Assembly (NCBI GenBank): GCA_963713285.1
Contig: CAVQLA010000010.1
Location: 7,658-71,657, forward strand
Length of the DNA: 64,000 bases
Direction: 5' to 3'
DNA from: an uncultured Chloroflexia bacterium
Lineage (GTDB): Bacteria > Chloroflexota > Limnocylindria > Limnocylindrales > CSP1-4
The notes under the pieces were generated by a model. That model searched no databases, had not been told where the DNA came from, and saw only the letters and a program-made list of their open reading frames with translations. Made by a program: the position numbers and the translations under genes. Position 1 is the first letter of the stretch. Each line of letters opens with the position of its first letter. Below are positions 63,706 to 64,000 of the stretch, piece after piece.

Positions 63706-64000
63706 TCATCCGATCGCCGGGCGGAAGTCCACCTGGAGCGCGCCGTCCGCGGCGCGGAGCTGGAGGCGGTCCTCGCGGATCGACCAGGTTGCGGCCCGGC
63801 CGAGCGCCGCGAGATAGGCGGTCTCCTGCTCGCCGACGCCCTCGGGCTCGAAGCAGGCCATCCGGGTGGAGGCCAGCGGCCCGATCGAAAGGGCAGCGCC
63901 GTCGAGGGCGTACGGCCCGAAGAAGCGGTTGCAGCCGCCCGAACCGGTCACCCGGCCGTCCTCGCCGAACGTCGCGGTCACCTCCACGCCCGCGAGGGCA
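63706..64000 (-). CDS. META domain protein (5' end outside window)
   Basis: GSGGCNRF...Y, GPLASTRMAC, QE..YL..L. Confidence 0.85.
   Translation of the reverse strand, partial: ALAGVEVTATFGEDGRVTGSGGCNRFFGPYALDGAALSIGPLASTRMACFEPEGVGEQETAYLAALGRAATWSIREDRLQLRAADGALQVDFRPAIG

Overview
Very GC-rich, gene-dense bacterial chromosomal segment of about 65 CDS. I found no rRNA, tRNA, CRISPR array, transposase or prophage. Gene content (two F420-dependent enzymes, a Ycf45/SpoIIIAA-R3H ATPase, Tad pseudopilins, pdxST) suggests Chloroflexota, possibly Ca. Limnocylindria; this is inference. Left to right: a Tad minor-pilin cluster with two paralogous large TadG-like proteins (the second frameshifted); housekeeping and metabolic genes; pdxS-pdxT-GNAT-like-AAA/R3H; a hemerythrin-PadR-hemerythrin module with a palindromic operator; HNH-cca-TPR-galE; a catalytically dead DNA-ligase-like gene before a glucosylglycerate cluster (GT2, Usp-Usp-GpgS fusion, glycerate kinase ending in an antitoxin-like tail, VapC); nth; a second toxin-antitoxin pair; an OmpR-type two-component system; an ABC-2 exporter; PrsW; aminotransferases; a KdpD/KdpE-like pair before a KimA-like K+ transporter; and an atypical Fpg/Nei. 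Many genes have a TAnnnT -10 box 6-7 nt before the start codon, indicating widespread leaderless transcription. All family calls come from motif recognition by eye, not database searches.
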